From positions 69,736-133,735 of the forward strand of contig LCFP01000002.1 in the NCBI GenBank assembly GCA_000999095.1: a stretch of 64,000 bases of DNA, in the 5' to 3' direction. Numbering within the stretch: the stretch's first letter is position 1; each line of letters opens with the position of its first letter. The stretch is from Candidatus Gottesmanbacteria bacterium GW2011_GWA2_43_14. GTDB lineage: Bacteria; Patescibacteriota; Microgenomatia; 2-02-FULL-39-11. Both the position numbers and the translations under genes were made by a program. This document shows positions 17,900 to 27,935 of this stretch, piece by piece. The notes under the pieces are model-generated. The model was not told where the DNA came from. It made no database searches and saw only the letters and a program-made list of their open reading frames with translations.

Positions 17900-19902
17900 T
17901 GAATATCTTAGTTCCCGATTCATGGCTGAGAGAATATTTGCAAACGGAAGCTACACCCCTTGATATCAAACGCTGCCTGTCGCTTTGCGGCCCGTCTGTG
18001 GAAAAAGTTAATGACATAGATAAAGAGAAGGTTTATGAAATCGAGATTACCACAAACCGGGTCGATATGGCTTCCGTTTACGGAATAGCCCGGGAAGCAT
18101 CGGCCATCCTGCCGCGTTTCGGCTTTACCGCCAAATTAAAACCGCTGCCTTTGCCGGAAAAAATCTCAGCGGCCAACGTGTTACCACTTGATATCAGCGA
18201 CCCCCGGCAGCTTTGCCGCCGCATCCTCGCAATTGTCATGGACAATGTCACTCTGGGGCAATCGCCGGAGTCTGTCAGCAAACGCCTGGAAGATAGCGGT
18301 GTCCGCAGTCTGAACAATGCCGTAGACGTGACAAATTACGTCATGCTCGAACTGGGTCATCCTGTACATGTCTTTGACTACGACCGCATAAAAACAAACC
18401 GCTTTTTGATCAGAACCGCCAAAAAATATGAGCCGATAGTCACTTTGGACGGAAAAAAATATCTCCTTAATGAAAATGACGTCATTATCGACGACGGTAC
18501 GGGCAGAGTCATAGATTTACCGGGAATTATGGGAACGGAAAACAGTGTGGTAGCGGAAAATACCAAAAGGATTATCCTTTTTATCGAATCCAACGATCCG
18601 GCCCGTATCAGAAAATCTTCACTTACCTACGGCATCAGGACCATGGCCGCCGCCATCAACGAGAAATCGCCAGATCCGGAACTGGCCTATCTGGCCCTTG
18701 AACGGGGAATCGTTTTGATGAAAAAGTTATGCGGTGCTGAACCGGCCGGCCAAATTATTGACATTTACCCCGAACGGCTAAAGAAAGTGTCAATATCTGT
18801 TTCACCTGAATTCATCAACAGCCGGTTGGGCAAAGATCTGTCCCGGAAGGAAATAACTTCAATACTTTCCTCCTTAAATTTCGATGTAAGTGAGGATAAT
18901 GATAAATTAATCAAAGTTATACCTCCTTCATACCGAAGTTTCGATGTCAGGCTGGCTGAAGACATTGTTGAAGAAGTAGCCCGCATTTACGGCTACCATA
19001 ATTTGCCTTCGTGCCTTATGGAAGGACAAATCCCCATATCGGGCAGTTCCATAAATTTCATCAGGAAAAATCAAATAAAAAAAATGCTGAAATACTGGGG
19101 CTATACCGAAACCTACAGCTATTCATTTATATCAGATGAGCTGATATCCAAAACAAAACTGGACATTACGGATCATCTGAAAATCTCAAATCCGCTGACG
19201 AATGATTTTGCATATATGCGGATATCTCTCGTTCCTTCAATTTTGGAGGCATATGCTAAAAACCAGGCTCTGAAAAAAGACCTCAAGCTTTTCGAACTAT
19301 CTGCGGTATATCAAAAAAAGAAAAATGATTTACCGGTTGAACCGGAGCGGCTGGTCATTGCCGAAAATGCTGATTTTTACCGTCATAAAGGAACAGTTGA
19401 AGGCGTTTTCCGTGAAATTGGCTTAACGGGTTGGACTGTCAAAATTAGTGCTCCGGAATTTTGGCATCCCGGAAAATCACTAACCTATCATTTGGGTAAA
19501 GATATTCTTGGGTATGCGGGACAATTACACCCTGAAGTCGCTTCTTCCTTCCGGATTAAAGAGGAAGTCTGCCTGGCTGAACTGGATATTGAAATTTTAT
19601 TGAAATTCGCCAGTGACGCCAAAATCTTCAAGAGGATTATTTCGACCCCCGAGGTCATTGAAAACTTTTCCGTATATTTAACACCGGAAATTATGGTCGG
19701 AACGCTGATAAGTGACATCAGAAGGATAAATAAATTTATCAGCCTGGTCAGTCTGACAGAGAAGTATTCTGACAGCATTAATCTGGAAATCCGTTATCGG
19801 CACCCCGAACGCAATCTGGATAAAAAGGAAATCGAGTATATTAGACGACAGATAGAAAATCTTATCAAGAAACAATTCGGACTCAAACTTAAAAATATTT
19901 AA
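17899..19902 (+). CDS. pheT: Phenylalanine--tRNA ligase beta subunit (short, lacks tRNA-binding OB domain)
   Basis: TNRVD, VDVTNYVMLELGHP, DIVEEVARIYGY, NPL..MR.SL. Confidence 0.95.
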   Translation: MNILVPDSWLREYLQTEATPLDIKRCLSLCGPSVEKVNDIDKEKVYEIEITTNRVDMASVYGIAREASAILPRFGFTAKLKPLPLPEKISAANVLPLDISDPRQLCRRILAIVMDNVTLGQSPESVSKRLEDSGVRSLNNAVDVTNYVMLELGHPVHVFDYDRIKTNRFLIRTAKKYEPIVTLDGKKYLLNENDVIIDDGTGRVIDLPGIMGTENSVVAENTKRIILFIESNDPARIRKSSLTYGIRTMAAAINEKSPDPELAYLALERGIVLMKKLCGAEPAGQIIDIYPERLKKVSISVSPEFINSRLGKDLSRKEITSILSSLNFDVSEDNDKLIKVIPPSYRSFDVRLAEDIVEEVARIYGYHNLPSCLMEGQIPISGSSINFIRKNQIKKMLKYWGYTETYSYSFISDELISKTKLDITDHLKISNPLTNDFAYMRISLVPSILEAYAKNQALKKDLKLFELSAVYQKKKNDLPVEPERLVIAENADFYRHKGTVEGVFREIGLTGWTVKISAPEFWHPGKSLTYHLGKDILGYAGQLHPEVASSFRIKEEVCLAELDIEILLKFASDAKIFKRIISTPEVIENFSVYLTPEIMVGTLISDIRRINKFISLVSLTEKYSDSINLEIRYRHPERNLDKKEIEYIRRQIENLIKKQFGLKLKNI

Positions 19903-19965
19903 GCTTTTGCTTCACCTTCTCTTCGGCTGATTTTATGTTAAAATACAGGCGCTTCTAACTATTTA

Positions 19966-20064
19966 ATGGGTAAAATGTCATTTTCCAAAGGTTTTATTTT
20001 TCAGAAATTAGAACAAAAAACGATAATTTTTGACGGAGAAAACTCATTTCTGCATAAAAGGTAA
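19966..20064 (+). pseudogene. Truncated PqqD/RRE remnant (MGKMSFSKGFIFQKLEQKTIIFDGENSFLHKR)
   Basis: Aligns with the N-terminus of the intact PqqD at 48931-49212 (KGFVSRKLGKKTMIFDGEKSLL); same position upstream of an HPr-kinase-like gene. Confidence 0.8.
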
Positions 20065-20084
20065 TATCAAATGCTTAAAAATTA

Positions 20085-20885
20085 ATGACGAATAATTGTC
20101 TCTTCTTGAATATCGCCGATTATTACTTCAAAATAAATTTTTTGGAAAATGACCTTAAATTTATTTTTGATAATCTCAAAAAAGAAATTGGCAGTAAATT
20201 TTCAGGATTTATCAGTACCAATATCCCAAAAAAATATCAATTTGAAATAAATATTATTGTAAGTAATAAATTTGATGTTTTTTTTAACCGTAATAAAAAA
20301 GATGTATATATAAAGTTTTACAGATATACATCACCTTATACTGTTGAGACTTACTATCAAATAAGTATCTACCAGTTTCAACTGATTTTAATAGATGGGA
20401 TTTACAGAATTTTGATAAAAAATAAAGCCTTTATATTTCATGCATCGGCCAATCTGATCAACGGAAAGGCAAGTTTATTTTTAGGCGGTGATGGCGCAGG
20501 AAAATCAACAATCATGAAAATTTTAAGAAATAAATTTACGCCTTTGGCCGATGACAGCATGATTATCCGGAAAATTAAGGATAAATATTATGCTTTCCAA
20601 ACTCCTTTTATAGAAAAAGAAACGTGGTTAAAGAGAAAAAAGGGGAAATATCTGCTTGGTAAAATATATTTTATAAATAAAGCTGATTTTTATTCGATTA
20701 AAAAAATCAGCAGTATAGAATCAGCACTTAAAAAAACTATAGAGCTAAATAAGCATTTCAGCATAACTGACAAGGAATATTACCAGCAAGTTAAATCGCA
20801 AATGGAATTTACTTCAGACTTTCCCTACCAGTATAATCTCCATTTCGGACTCAATAAAAAGAAGGTATTATCCTTATTCATTTAA
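20085..20885 (+). CDS. HPr kinase-like P-loop protein (RiPP-associated type)
   Basis: FHASA, LFLGGDGAGKST, LADD; paralog of 48086-48934. Confidence 0.8.
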   Translation: MTNNCLFLNIADYYFKINFLENDLKFIFDNLKKEIGSKFSGFISTNIPKKYQFEINIIVSNKFDVFFNRNKKDVYIKFYRYTSPYTVETYYQISIYQFQLILIDGIYRILIKNKAFIFHASANLINGKASLFLGGDGAGKSTIMKILRNKFTPLADDSMIIRKIKDKYYAFQTPFIEKETWLKRKKGKYLLGKIYFINKADFYSIKKISSIESALKKTIELNKHFSITDKEYYQQVKSQMEFTSDFPYQYNLHFGLNKKKVLSLFI

Positions 20886-22077
20886 AATAACGACTGACGA
20901 CAAATTCGGGACTGGTTTTTAACGGAAGGAATGGTAAATATTTTTTTTCAGAATAACCTGCTTTTAAACTCTTCTTCATGATCAGAATGCCGTTGCTGAT
21001 TTTTTTTATCTTTAATCTTTGAAAATATTTTACTAAATTCTCAGTTTGTTGCAGATATATTTTATAATCGGCTTTTAACAAATCATGGCTGATCAGCCAT
21101 GAATAATGATACGGGTCACTTTCACTGAGTATTAAATATAGAATTTTATATTTTTTTTTATTTTGGCCTAACCATCTATCGGCTGATTTTCTAAATTCAT
21201 CTTGTTCTGATTCATGGATAGTACAATTTACATGGCTAAATCCATCATCTGAAAGATGATCGGGAATGCTGCTTATAATCTTTTCCAAAATGTTTATACC
21301 TGGTTTTTGAGATAAGGAAGATATATCACCATTTTCAAGTATTGATTTTATACTGGGGGGATTGGCAACTATTAAATCATATTTTTCGCCGGCTGCAGAT
21401 TCGAATAAATTACTTAATTTGAATTCAATATTTCCTGCTTGATTTAACCGGAAATTAAAATTGCTATAGTTTATTGCCCGAGGATTAATATCAACGGCTG
21501 CAACTTTTTGAGAAATTAGGGAAGATATAATTGCATGAAAACCGCACCCTGTCCCCAAATCAAATACTGATCTGTATTTTTTTTTAACTACGGATTCCCA
21601 GAGATTGATAGAATCATGACTGATGGGGTAAACTGTTTCCTTAAAGGAATATAAAACAAGTTTATCTTCACTGTAGTCAAATCTGAACAAAAAATCGCAG
21701 GTAAAAAAAAGATTGTGATAAGGCAAAATTGAGACTTTGGACTGTATCGCGTTTCCGTATGTTTCCTCTAAGATACTGAGATGTATGTACCTTTTAATCA
21801 TACTGACCGGAATAATTGCGGCTAAATCTTTAATTAATACTTTATTTCCTAAAAAAAATAAATAAAAGCCGATTCCCTGAAATTTCAGGTGTCTGACTTT
21901 CTGGATTAAAACTGCATATTCCGCAAATGATCTTCTGTATGGATCTATATTAGATTGACGGAAGTCTGAAGTAGTATAACCAAGTTGATGAAATAAATTC
22001 CTTAGGGAATCATAGTCCTGCCGCTTAAACAGATGAAGTGGAAGGGTAGTATCAGGAACAATTCTGTCGATTACCAT
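20878..22077 (-). CDS. Class I SAM-dependent methyltransferase (HemK-like, NPP motif)
   Basis: DLGTGCG, VDINPRA, DLIVANPPS. Confidence 0.85.
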   Translation of the reverse strand: MVIDRIVPDTTLPLHLFKRQDYDSLRNLFHQLGYTTSDFRQSNIDPYRRSFAEYAVLIQKVRHLKFQGIGFYLFFLGNKVLIKDLAAIIPVSMIKRYIHLSILEETYGNAIQSKVSILPYHNLFFTCDFLFRFDYSEDKLVLYSFKETVYPISHDSINLWESVVKKKYRSVFDLGTGCGFHAIISSLISQKVAAVDINPRAINYSNFNFRLNQAGNIEFKLSNLFESAAGEKYDLIVANPPSIKSILENGDISSLSQKPGINILEKIISSIPDHLSDDGFSHVNCTIHESEQDEFRKSADRWLGQNKKKYKILYLILSESDPYHYSWLISHDLLKADYKIYLQQTENLVKYFQRLKIKKISNGILIMKKSLKAGYSEKKYLPFLPLKTSPEFVVSRYFK

Positions 22078-22100
22078 TTAAGGCTGTACTCCCGGGAAAA

Positions 22101-22595
22101 TTATAGTGAAGTATATTTTTCTACTCGCTTTTCAAGCATTCTCAATTTTTTTTCCGTTATACTATTTTTTTCTGTAAGTTCTTTTATTGCTTCAACTAAA
22201 ATTGCTGTAAAGGCAGGGTAGTTAACCCCCAGATAATTTCGGTTAATTTTTTTAGCAAGTTGAGGAAAGGCAATTTTTACGTCTTGTGCCAGCAAACCCA
22301 TGGAGTCGGTGTTTTTCTGAATGCCTAACGACTTAAAAGATCTTTTCCATTGAAATTCATAAGCCTGAAGTCTTTTAATTTTTTCCAAAACCTTCTTAAC
22401 CGGCTTGAGTTTATTTTTTAATTTCCTGTCACTACAGGAGAAACAAGTTCCACAGCAGGCTAAGAGTTCACCATTGACTTCCGGAATGAAATTAAAATAA
22501 CCATCGTATTCATCATATAAATTAAAAAACATATTCAGCTTTATTTTTACTGATTTAATAGCAGGCTTTCTGTAAATGGGATATTTTTTCTTCAT
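22101..22595 (-). CDS. RiPP-like precursor fused to peptidase S74 autoprocessing chaperone domain
   Basis: N-terminal YRKPAI..KIKLNMF leader and CCGTCFSC, then SDRKLK..YEFQWK..GLLAQDV..VNY..LVEAIKEL coiled coil. Confidence 0.8.
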   Translation of the reverse strand: MKKKYPIYRKPAIKSVKIKLNMFFNLYDEYDGYFNFIPEVNGELLACCGTCFSCSDRKLKNKLKPVKKVLEKIKRLQAYEFQWKRSFKSLGIQKNTDSMGLLAQDVKIAFPQLAKKINRNYLGVNYPAFTAILVEAIKELTEKNSITEKKLRMLEKRVEKYTSL

Positions 22596-22678
22596 AACAG
22601 GGTAATTTTATTAATCTAATTTATAATACCGAAATTAGAGCTTCTATGTCAATCATTTGCATCCGCCCGGCAAATACA

Positions 22679-23701
22679 TCAGCTCTTTTTTAATTCAGTC
22701 CTTTTCTTTTTAATCTCTCCGGCAATTATCTGATGAATTTCTTTTGCATAATGGCAGTGGAAAAAAGTAGAAGGGTTTGCCTGTGATTGAAGATAACGAT
22801 TAATGGCCTCAGACGGATCAAGACAGAGATTGCTGTTTTTACGGCAATATGAAAGATATACCGGATTATTTGCTTCCCCTGCCGAAGTCAGTTCTTTATA
22901 ACTTGGAATATTTACCAGCATCATTGTTGCACCGGATTCGACAACTGCTGTTTGCATTTCATTAAGCAAAGCCATGGCTATTTTATTGGTTTCAGAACGG
23001 ACTTTTTCCTGATTTACATAATATTTATCATAAATCATGCTTAAGATATCTGATAAGATTAAATGAAATTGCCCGGCATATTTTTTGGGGTCTGTTAAAG
23101 GTTGATTAACCTGCGTTAATTTTCCCCCGACAAAGGCGAATTTAGGCTTTTGATAATCAATAAAGCCGTATTTCACTCTTTCTACATCATCACTGTAAAA
23201 ACCAACTATTACCATATCAGGTTGATATTTCAATGCCCGTTTTAATTTTAAGTACTCCTGATCCAAACCATAGCCATGAACTCCCATATTAAAGACTTCA
23301 GTATCTTCGGAGATTTTTTCCAAATAATAGGAATAAGTTTCCTCATCATCCGCACACTCCCCGAATGTATAGGAGTCTCCAATGGCGATAATTCTGTTTT
23401 TTTTTCGTTGATTGATATAATTATCAGGGGCTCTGAAACCTTCTGAATTGATAGTGACTTTCGTGCCGTCAACAAGCTGGGCTTTGGTGTCTTTTTTAGG
23501 AATCCACCCCAATAGAGGATCGAATTCGTAGATTTCAGGAAGATGGGTAGGCGAGTTATTGGTTCGCTGGGTGTGCCAATACCATTTCCACCAGCCTTCT
23601 GATTTTTGATAGTTTATTTGATAGAAAGGTGTTCTTAAAAAAACTTCAGTTATAATTATTCCTGATGTCAAACCAATAATAATTAATAATATTTTTTTCA
23701 T
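22679..23701 (-). CDS. Membrane-anchored SGNH/GDSL hydrolase-family protein
   Basis: N-terminal TM, INSEGFR, GDSYTFG, NMGVHGYG. Confidence 0.8.
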   Translation of the reverse strand: MKKILLIIIGLTSGIIITEVFLRTPFYQINYQKSEGWWKWYWHTQRTNNSPTHLPEIYEFDPLLGWIPKKDTKAQLVDGTKVTINSEGFRAPDNYINQRKKNRIIAIGDSYTFGECADDEETYSYYLEKISEDTEVFNMGVHGYGLDQEYLKLKRALKYQPDMVIVGFYSDDVERVKYGFIDYQKPKFAFVGGKLTQVNQPLTDPKKYAGQFHLILSDILSMIYDKYYVNQEKVRSETNKIAMALLNEMQTAVVESGATMMLVNIPSYKELTSAGEANNPVYLSYCRKNSNLCLDPSEAINRYLQSQANPSTFFHCHYAKEIHQIIAGEIKKKRTELKKS

Positions 23702-23826
23702 TTCCGGCTTGTTTTTTACCTTATGTATGATATTGTCTGAATTAATCTTATTGAAAGAGATTTTTTATAAGTAATTTTTTAACCCGATCTTCGGCATTAT
23801 CTTAACATATGTTTAATGATTGACTT

Positions 23827-25845
23827 ATGAATTCTAAAAAAAACTCATATAAGAGAATCTCTTTCTTGAAAAAGATTTTTATTCTATCATTTTTATTATC
23901 GATCCCTGTAATATATATTTTTTATGATGATTTTATTCGATCAGCAAAAACTGTTTACTATTTTGATATGGATGACTCTTCACAGGAATTATTGATTCCT
24001 TCCGGTCAAAATCATCCGGTATTGAAAATAGCGGGTAAAGTCAGGGAAATTACAGGCATCAAAAATAAAGCCTTAGAGCTTGAAGAACAGAACCGTTTGA
24101 CCTGCCTAAATAATATTACTTGCCTCAAATTAGATATCGACAAAGGTTTGAGTCTGATTCTTTGGATTAAAATAAAATCCGGTGATAAAAAACCCTTTCA
24201 ACAGGAAATTATCTCATTAACCCAGAATTACGGTGATAATTTTAAGAAAAAAAGTTTTTACAACGTCTTTGACTTGGCAACATTAAACAGTCAGGCCAAG
24301 GGATATATCAGCGGTATCTTTGACGGCAGGTACCTATATTTAATTCCGATAAAAAATGATTTGAAATATCATGGTCTCGTTGCTAGGTATGATACATCCA
24401 AAGTTTTTAACCAAACCAACTCCTGGGAGATATTTGATACGGAAAAAATCAATAAAGCCGCCAAAGGCTACGGCGGGGGAGTCTTTGACGGTCAATATAT
24501 CTACCTGGTTCCCAATTATAACGATAATACCCGTTCCGGTCTTGTAGTCAGATTTGATACCCGAAAGGAATTCCGGAATAAGTCTTCCTGGGAGATTTTT
24601 GATACCACTCTGCTTAATGACAATTCCCGAGGTTTTTGGGGCGGGATATTTGACGGCCGTTATATTTATTTTGTACCACATCACCACAACAAAGATTATT
24701 CCGGCGTAATTACGCAATATGACACAACTTCAGCATTTTCTTCTCCTGATGCCTGGAGAATTACCGACATCACTAAATTCAACAGTCGAGCCAAAGGATT
24801 TTTAGGAGGAATATATGACGGCAGGTATGTCTATTTTATCCCTAACCGTACCGGCGTAGACATTTTCAGCGGTTTGTTGGGGATTTATGACACCGGAAAA
24901 GATCTGCAATCAGCCTCTGCCTGGCAATTTTTCGATATTCAAAAATTGAATCCCCAGGCAAAAGGCTTTGCCGGTGGAGTCTTTGACGGCAGGTACATCT
25001 ACCTGGCACCTTTATTTTCCGATCCTGTTAATTTTAACGGACTGTCGGCCAGGTATGACACCCGGTTGCCCCTGCTTTCTCCTTTAGCCTGGCAATTTAA
25101 CAACTTGAGCAATCTGGATCAGAATGCTAAAGGCTTTATTGATATCGCCTTTGACGGTAAAAATCTATACTATATTCCGTTCAGAAACCGCTACACTGAA
25201 AGTGAAGAAATTATGGCTGGAGGACTGAAATCCTGGTGTTCTGCCGATCAAACAGGCGGATTCAGCGGTACTATTGCCCGTTATAAGACAGGTGATGATT
25301 TTAGCCGAAATCAGTCATGGTCTTTTTTCGATTTAACTTCTATTGATTCAACATATAAAGGTTTTTGGGGCGGCGCTTTTGACGGGCGTTTCCTTTATTA
25401 TATTCCGGTTAAGTTTGCCTGCTCAATCTTAAGCAGCCAAATTATAAGGTATGATACGGTCGATACAGCACTCAGCCAAATAAAACTGATTGTCTCTCCC
25501 GTCTTTCAAAGCAGCTTTTCGTCCCAGAATAAGTCGGATCTTGTTTTAACCGGAAATATATTACGTCAGAATATCTCAATCTACTCCGGGGAAAATATTG
25601 CCGATAATCAGTGGCATCAGCTTGCTTTGGTAATTGACGGTTCTTCAGCCAGTCTCTATGTTGATGGCAAACAAAAAAAGGTAAAATATCCTGATCAGAT
25701 CAAGAATAAAATCGGGGATTTTTTGCTGACTGTCGGTAATGCAGACAGGGAGAATACGGCCGACTTTGCAATTGACGAAATTCAAATATATAATCACTCC
25801 CTGACTATAGAGAACATTAATCAACTGTATCTTAAATTCAAATGA
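23827..25845 (+). CDS. Membrane-anchored LamG-like protein with seven inserted FDGRY repeats
   Basis: TM; LamG halves (YYFD..LWIK; DNQWHQL..LYVDG..IDEIQIYN) flank 7 repeats of about 55 aa. Confidence 0.7.
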   Translation: MNSKKNSYKRISFLKKIFILSFLLSIPVIYIFYDDFIRSAKTVYYFDMDDSSQELLIPSGQNHPVLKIAGKVREITGIKNKALELEEQNRLTCLNNITCLKLDIDKGLSLILWIKIKSGDKKPFQQEIISLTQNYGDNFKKKSFYNVFDLATLNSQAKGYISGIFDGRYLYLIPIKNDLKYHGLVARYDTSKVFNQTNSWEIFDTEKINKAAKGYGGGVFDGQYIYLVPNYNDNTRSGLVVRFDTRKEFRNKSSWEIFDTTLLNDNSRGFWGGIFDGRYIYFVPHHHNKDYSGVITQYDTTSAFSSPDAWRITDITKFNSRAKGFLGGIYDGRYVYFIPNRTGVDIFSGLLGIYDTGKDLQSASAWQFFDIQKLNPQAKGFAGGVFDGRYIYLAPLFSDPVNFNGLSARYDTRLPLLSPLAWQFNNLSNLDQNAKGFIDIAFDGKNLYYIPFRNRYTESEEIMAGGLKSWCSADQTGGFSGTIARYKTGDDFSRNQSWSFFDLTSIDSTYKGFWGGAFDGRFLYYIPVKFACSILSSQIIRYDTVDTALSQIKLIVSPVFQSSFSSQNKSDLVLTGNILRQNISIYSGENIADNQWHQLALVIDGSSASLYVDGKQKKVKYPDQIKNKIGDFLLTVGNADRENTADFAIDEIQIYNHSLTIENINQLYLKFK

Positions 25846-25880
25846 AGGAAAACGCTGACAGAAGCCTGTTCTTCCTATTT

Positions 25881-26438
25881 CTATAATCGGGTTATTTGCC
25901 AAGCATAAAGTGCCTGCCCGCTTTTTGACTGGGAGATATCCATGGAAACTGTTATTTTAATCCTGTCTCCGAGCTGAAGTTCGGTTAATTCCAATTTATT
26001 TTCCGACAAATCCGTAAAAGTGTACTGTGATTTCTGTTTTTCAGTATCTTCAGGAAACTTCATCGGATGAAGTCCACCATCTTCACCTCTAAGGATAAAA
26101 GTAAAAGGAGGCTTATCAGAAATCATAATTTCCTGAATTTCTCCCTCTAAAGTTACGCTGACGACAAATTGTTTAAGCACATCAGGGTTAATTTTGAGGG
26201 AGCTGTCGAGCAAATTCATCAAGAGAACACTGTCCAATCCGTTAATACTCACAGCCGGTGACGGAAAAGCCGGCGCCGGAAAATTGCTCTTGTTATTTTG
26301 TTCATTTATTCCAGCCAGATTCCGGAAGATAGCCTGGAAGTTGAAATTGAGAGAGTAATAGTAAATAATTTCAATAATCGTCAGAGTCAATAAAAGACCC
26401 AGTATTATTATTAGGAGTTTGCGAGAACGAATTATCAT
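25881..26438 (-). CDS. Membrane-anchored hypothetical protein (paralog of 47374-47934)
   Basis: N-terminal TM ending IEIIYYY; C-terminal ELQLGDRI; start placed at internal Met. Confidence 0.65.
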   Translation of the reverse strand: MIIRSRKLLIIILGLLLTLTIIEIIYYYSLNFNFQAIFRNLAGINEQNNKSNFPAPAFPSPAVSINGLDSVLLMNLLDSSLKINPDVLKQFVVSVTLEGEIQEIMISDKPPFTFILRGEDGGLHPMKFPEDTEKQKSQYTFTDLSENKLELTELQLGDRIKITVSMDISQSKSGQALYAWQITRL

Positions 26439-26471
26439 CTTCCTTCTTATCGTATAAAATGACTGATACAT

Positions 26472-27935
26472 ATGTCAATAAAAATTTATATCAGGCATAT
26501 TCCGGTTTTAATCAATAAGCATAAAGTATTCTTTTTAATTTTTTGTCTTACTTCAGTTTTATTCATCGGATTTCTGTATCGGGATCCGCTGTCCGACTGG
26601 GATGAGTGTATCTATGCAGAATATGCCAAAGAAATGAAATTAACCGGTAATTTTTGGACTTATACCTGGAATGGCAACCCGATTCTGGAAAAACCTCCTC
26701 TTTACGGTTGGCTTATGCAAATACCCTATCTTTGGGGGATTAATGAATTCACCTCCAGAATATCATCCGTTATCTTCAGTCTGGGAATCCTGACCTTAAT
26801 TTACTTTTTTGCTTCCAAATATATGTCACGGAAAATCGCTCTGATGGCTGTCCTTATTTATTTAGCAAGTCCGACGAATCTTAATTATGCCGTAAAAGTC
26901 AATACCGATATCGGTTTTACTTTTTGGCTAAATTTATATGCTTTTCTAATAATTTTTTCAGGCCGTAGACTTTTAACTTTATCTGTGGCTGCTTTCTCTC
27001 TGACCCTAGCCACATTGCATAAGGGATTAAGTTCTTTATTCTTCCTGTCTGTCATGCCGGTAATTGATATATACCAGCGTAAAAAACAAGTGTCTTCAAA
27101 TTTTCTACTTCTCTTTGTAATTGTTTTTTCTTTAATTATTCCCTGGCATATATATCAATTTCTGATCTGGAAAAATGGTTTTTCCAATACCTACCTGACA
27201 GAACACCTTTTCATCCGTTTTTTCAATAACATCTTTCTGCATAAAAATTTATTTTATTACCCGGTTGTTTTAGCCCGTGATTTTTTTCCCTGGTGGATGA
27301 TTCTGGTCATTTTCTGTTACCAGTATTTCAGAAAAGAAATAAAGTTATCACAATTTTACGAAAAGTATTTTCCGAATGTTTTTTTAATGACTGCTATTCC
27401 GGGTTTATTTTTTATGGCGGCAAGAACTCAGGTTAAATGGTATTTAATGCCCCTCTATCCCTTAATCTCAATCTTACTGGCGGTTATACTTAACAGGTAT
27501 TTTTTAAAAATGAACTTAAAACTGCAGACGGTCATTAAAATTCTGCTCATCTCCAATGTAATATATTCATTTTTACTGATAATTCAACCGTTTCGTTTCA
27601 AAAAAAATGTTTCTCCAAGCACTGAATCATTCCGTTACATAAACAATCTTCCCCAGAAAAGCTTTAATTATTTGGTTGAATCAAATTACCGCCAAATATA
27701 TAATAAACCCCCGGTCCGTACAATACCGGCACAATTCATTTATGGTGAAAAACCGTGTTCGGTATTTTATAGCGGTAAAAAAGTTAATTTATTCTATCAT
27801 CCGGACGAATTTGCCGCTGCTCTGGAAACTAAGTCCGGACTATATTTATTCAGCAAATCTGACAAGAGTCTGCTTGGTAAAATCACACTGAAGTATATTT
27901 TCCAAAATGAAGACTATGGTTTAATTTTAAGGTGA
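26472..27935 (+). CDS. ArnT/PMT-like (GT-C) glycosyltransferase
   Basis: WDECIY, EKPPLY.W, SRI, many TM helices, WYLMPLYP. Confidence 0.85.
   Translation: MSIKIYIRHIPVLINKHKVFFLIFCLTSVLFIGFLYRDPLSDWDECIYAEYAKEMKLTGNFWTYTWNGNPILEKPPLYGWLMQIPYLWGINEFTSRISSVIFSLGILTLIYFFASKYMSRKIALMAVLIYLASPTNLNYAVKVNTDIGFTFWLNLYAFLIIFSGRRLLTLSVAAFSLTLATLHKGLSSLFFLSVMPVIDIYQRKKQVSSNFLLLFVIVFSLIIPWHIYQFLIWKNGFSNTYLTEHLFIRFFNNIFLHKNLFYYPVVLARDFFPWWMILVIFCYQYFRKEIKLSQFYEKYFPNVFLMTAIPGLFFMAARTQVKWYLMPLYPLISILLAVILNRYFLKMNLKLQTVIKILLISNVIYSFLLIIQPFRFKKNVSPSTESFRYINNLPQKSFNYLVESNYRQIYNKPPVRTIPAQFIYGEKPCSVFYSGKKVNLFYHPDEFAAALETKSGLYLFSKSDKSLLGKITLKYIFQNEDYGLILR

Noticed and set aside
22101-22595. Prophage or tail-fibre gene
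   Set aside because: An S74 domain is present, but there is no fibre body and no phage structural or integrase genes in the window.
24260-25460. CRISPR array or DNA tandem repeat (recurrent TTTGACGG)
   Set aside because: The recurrence reflects in-frame protein repeats, with no identical repeats separated by spacers. No cas genes were seen.
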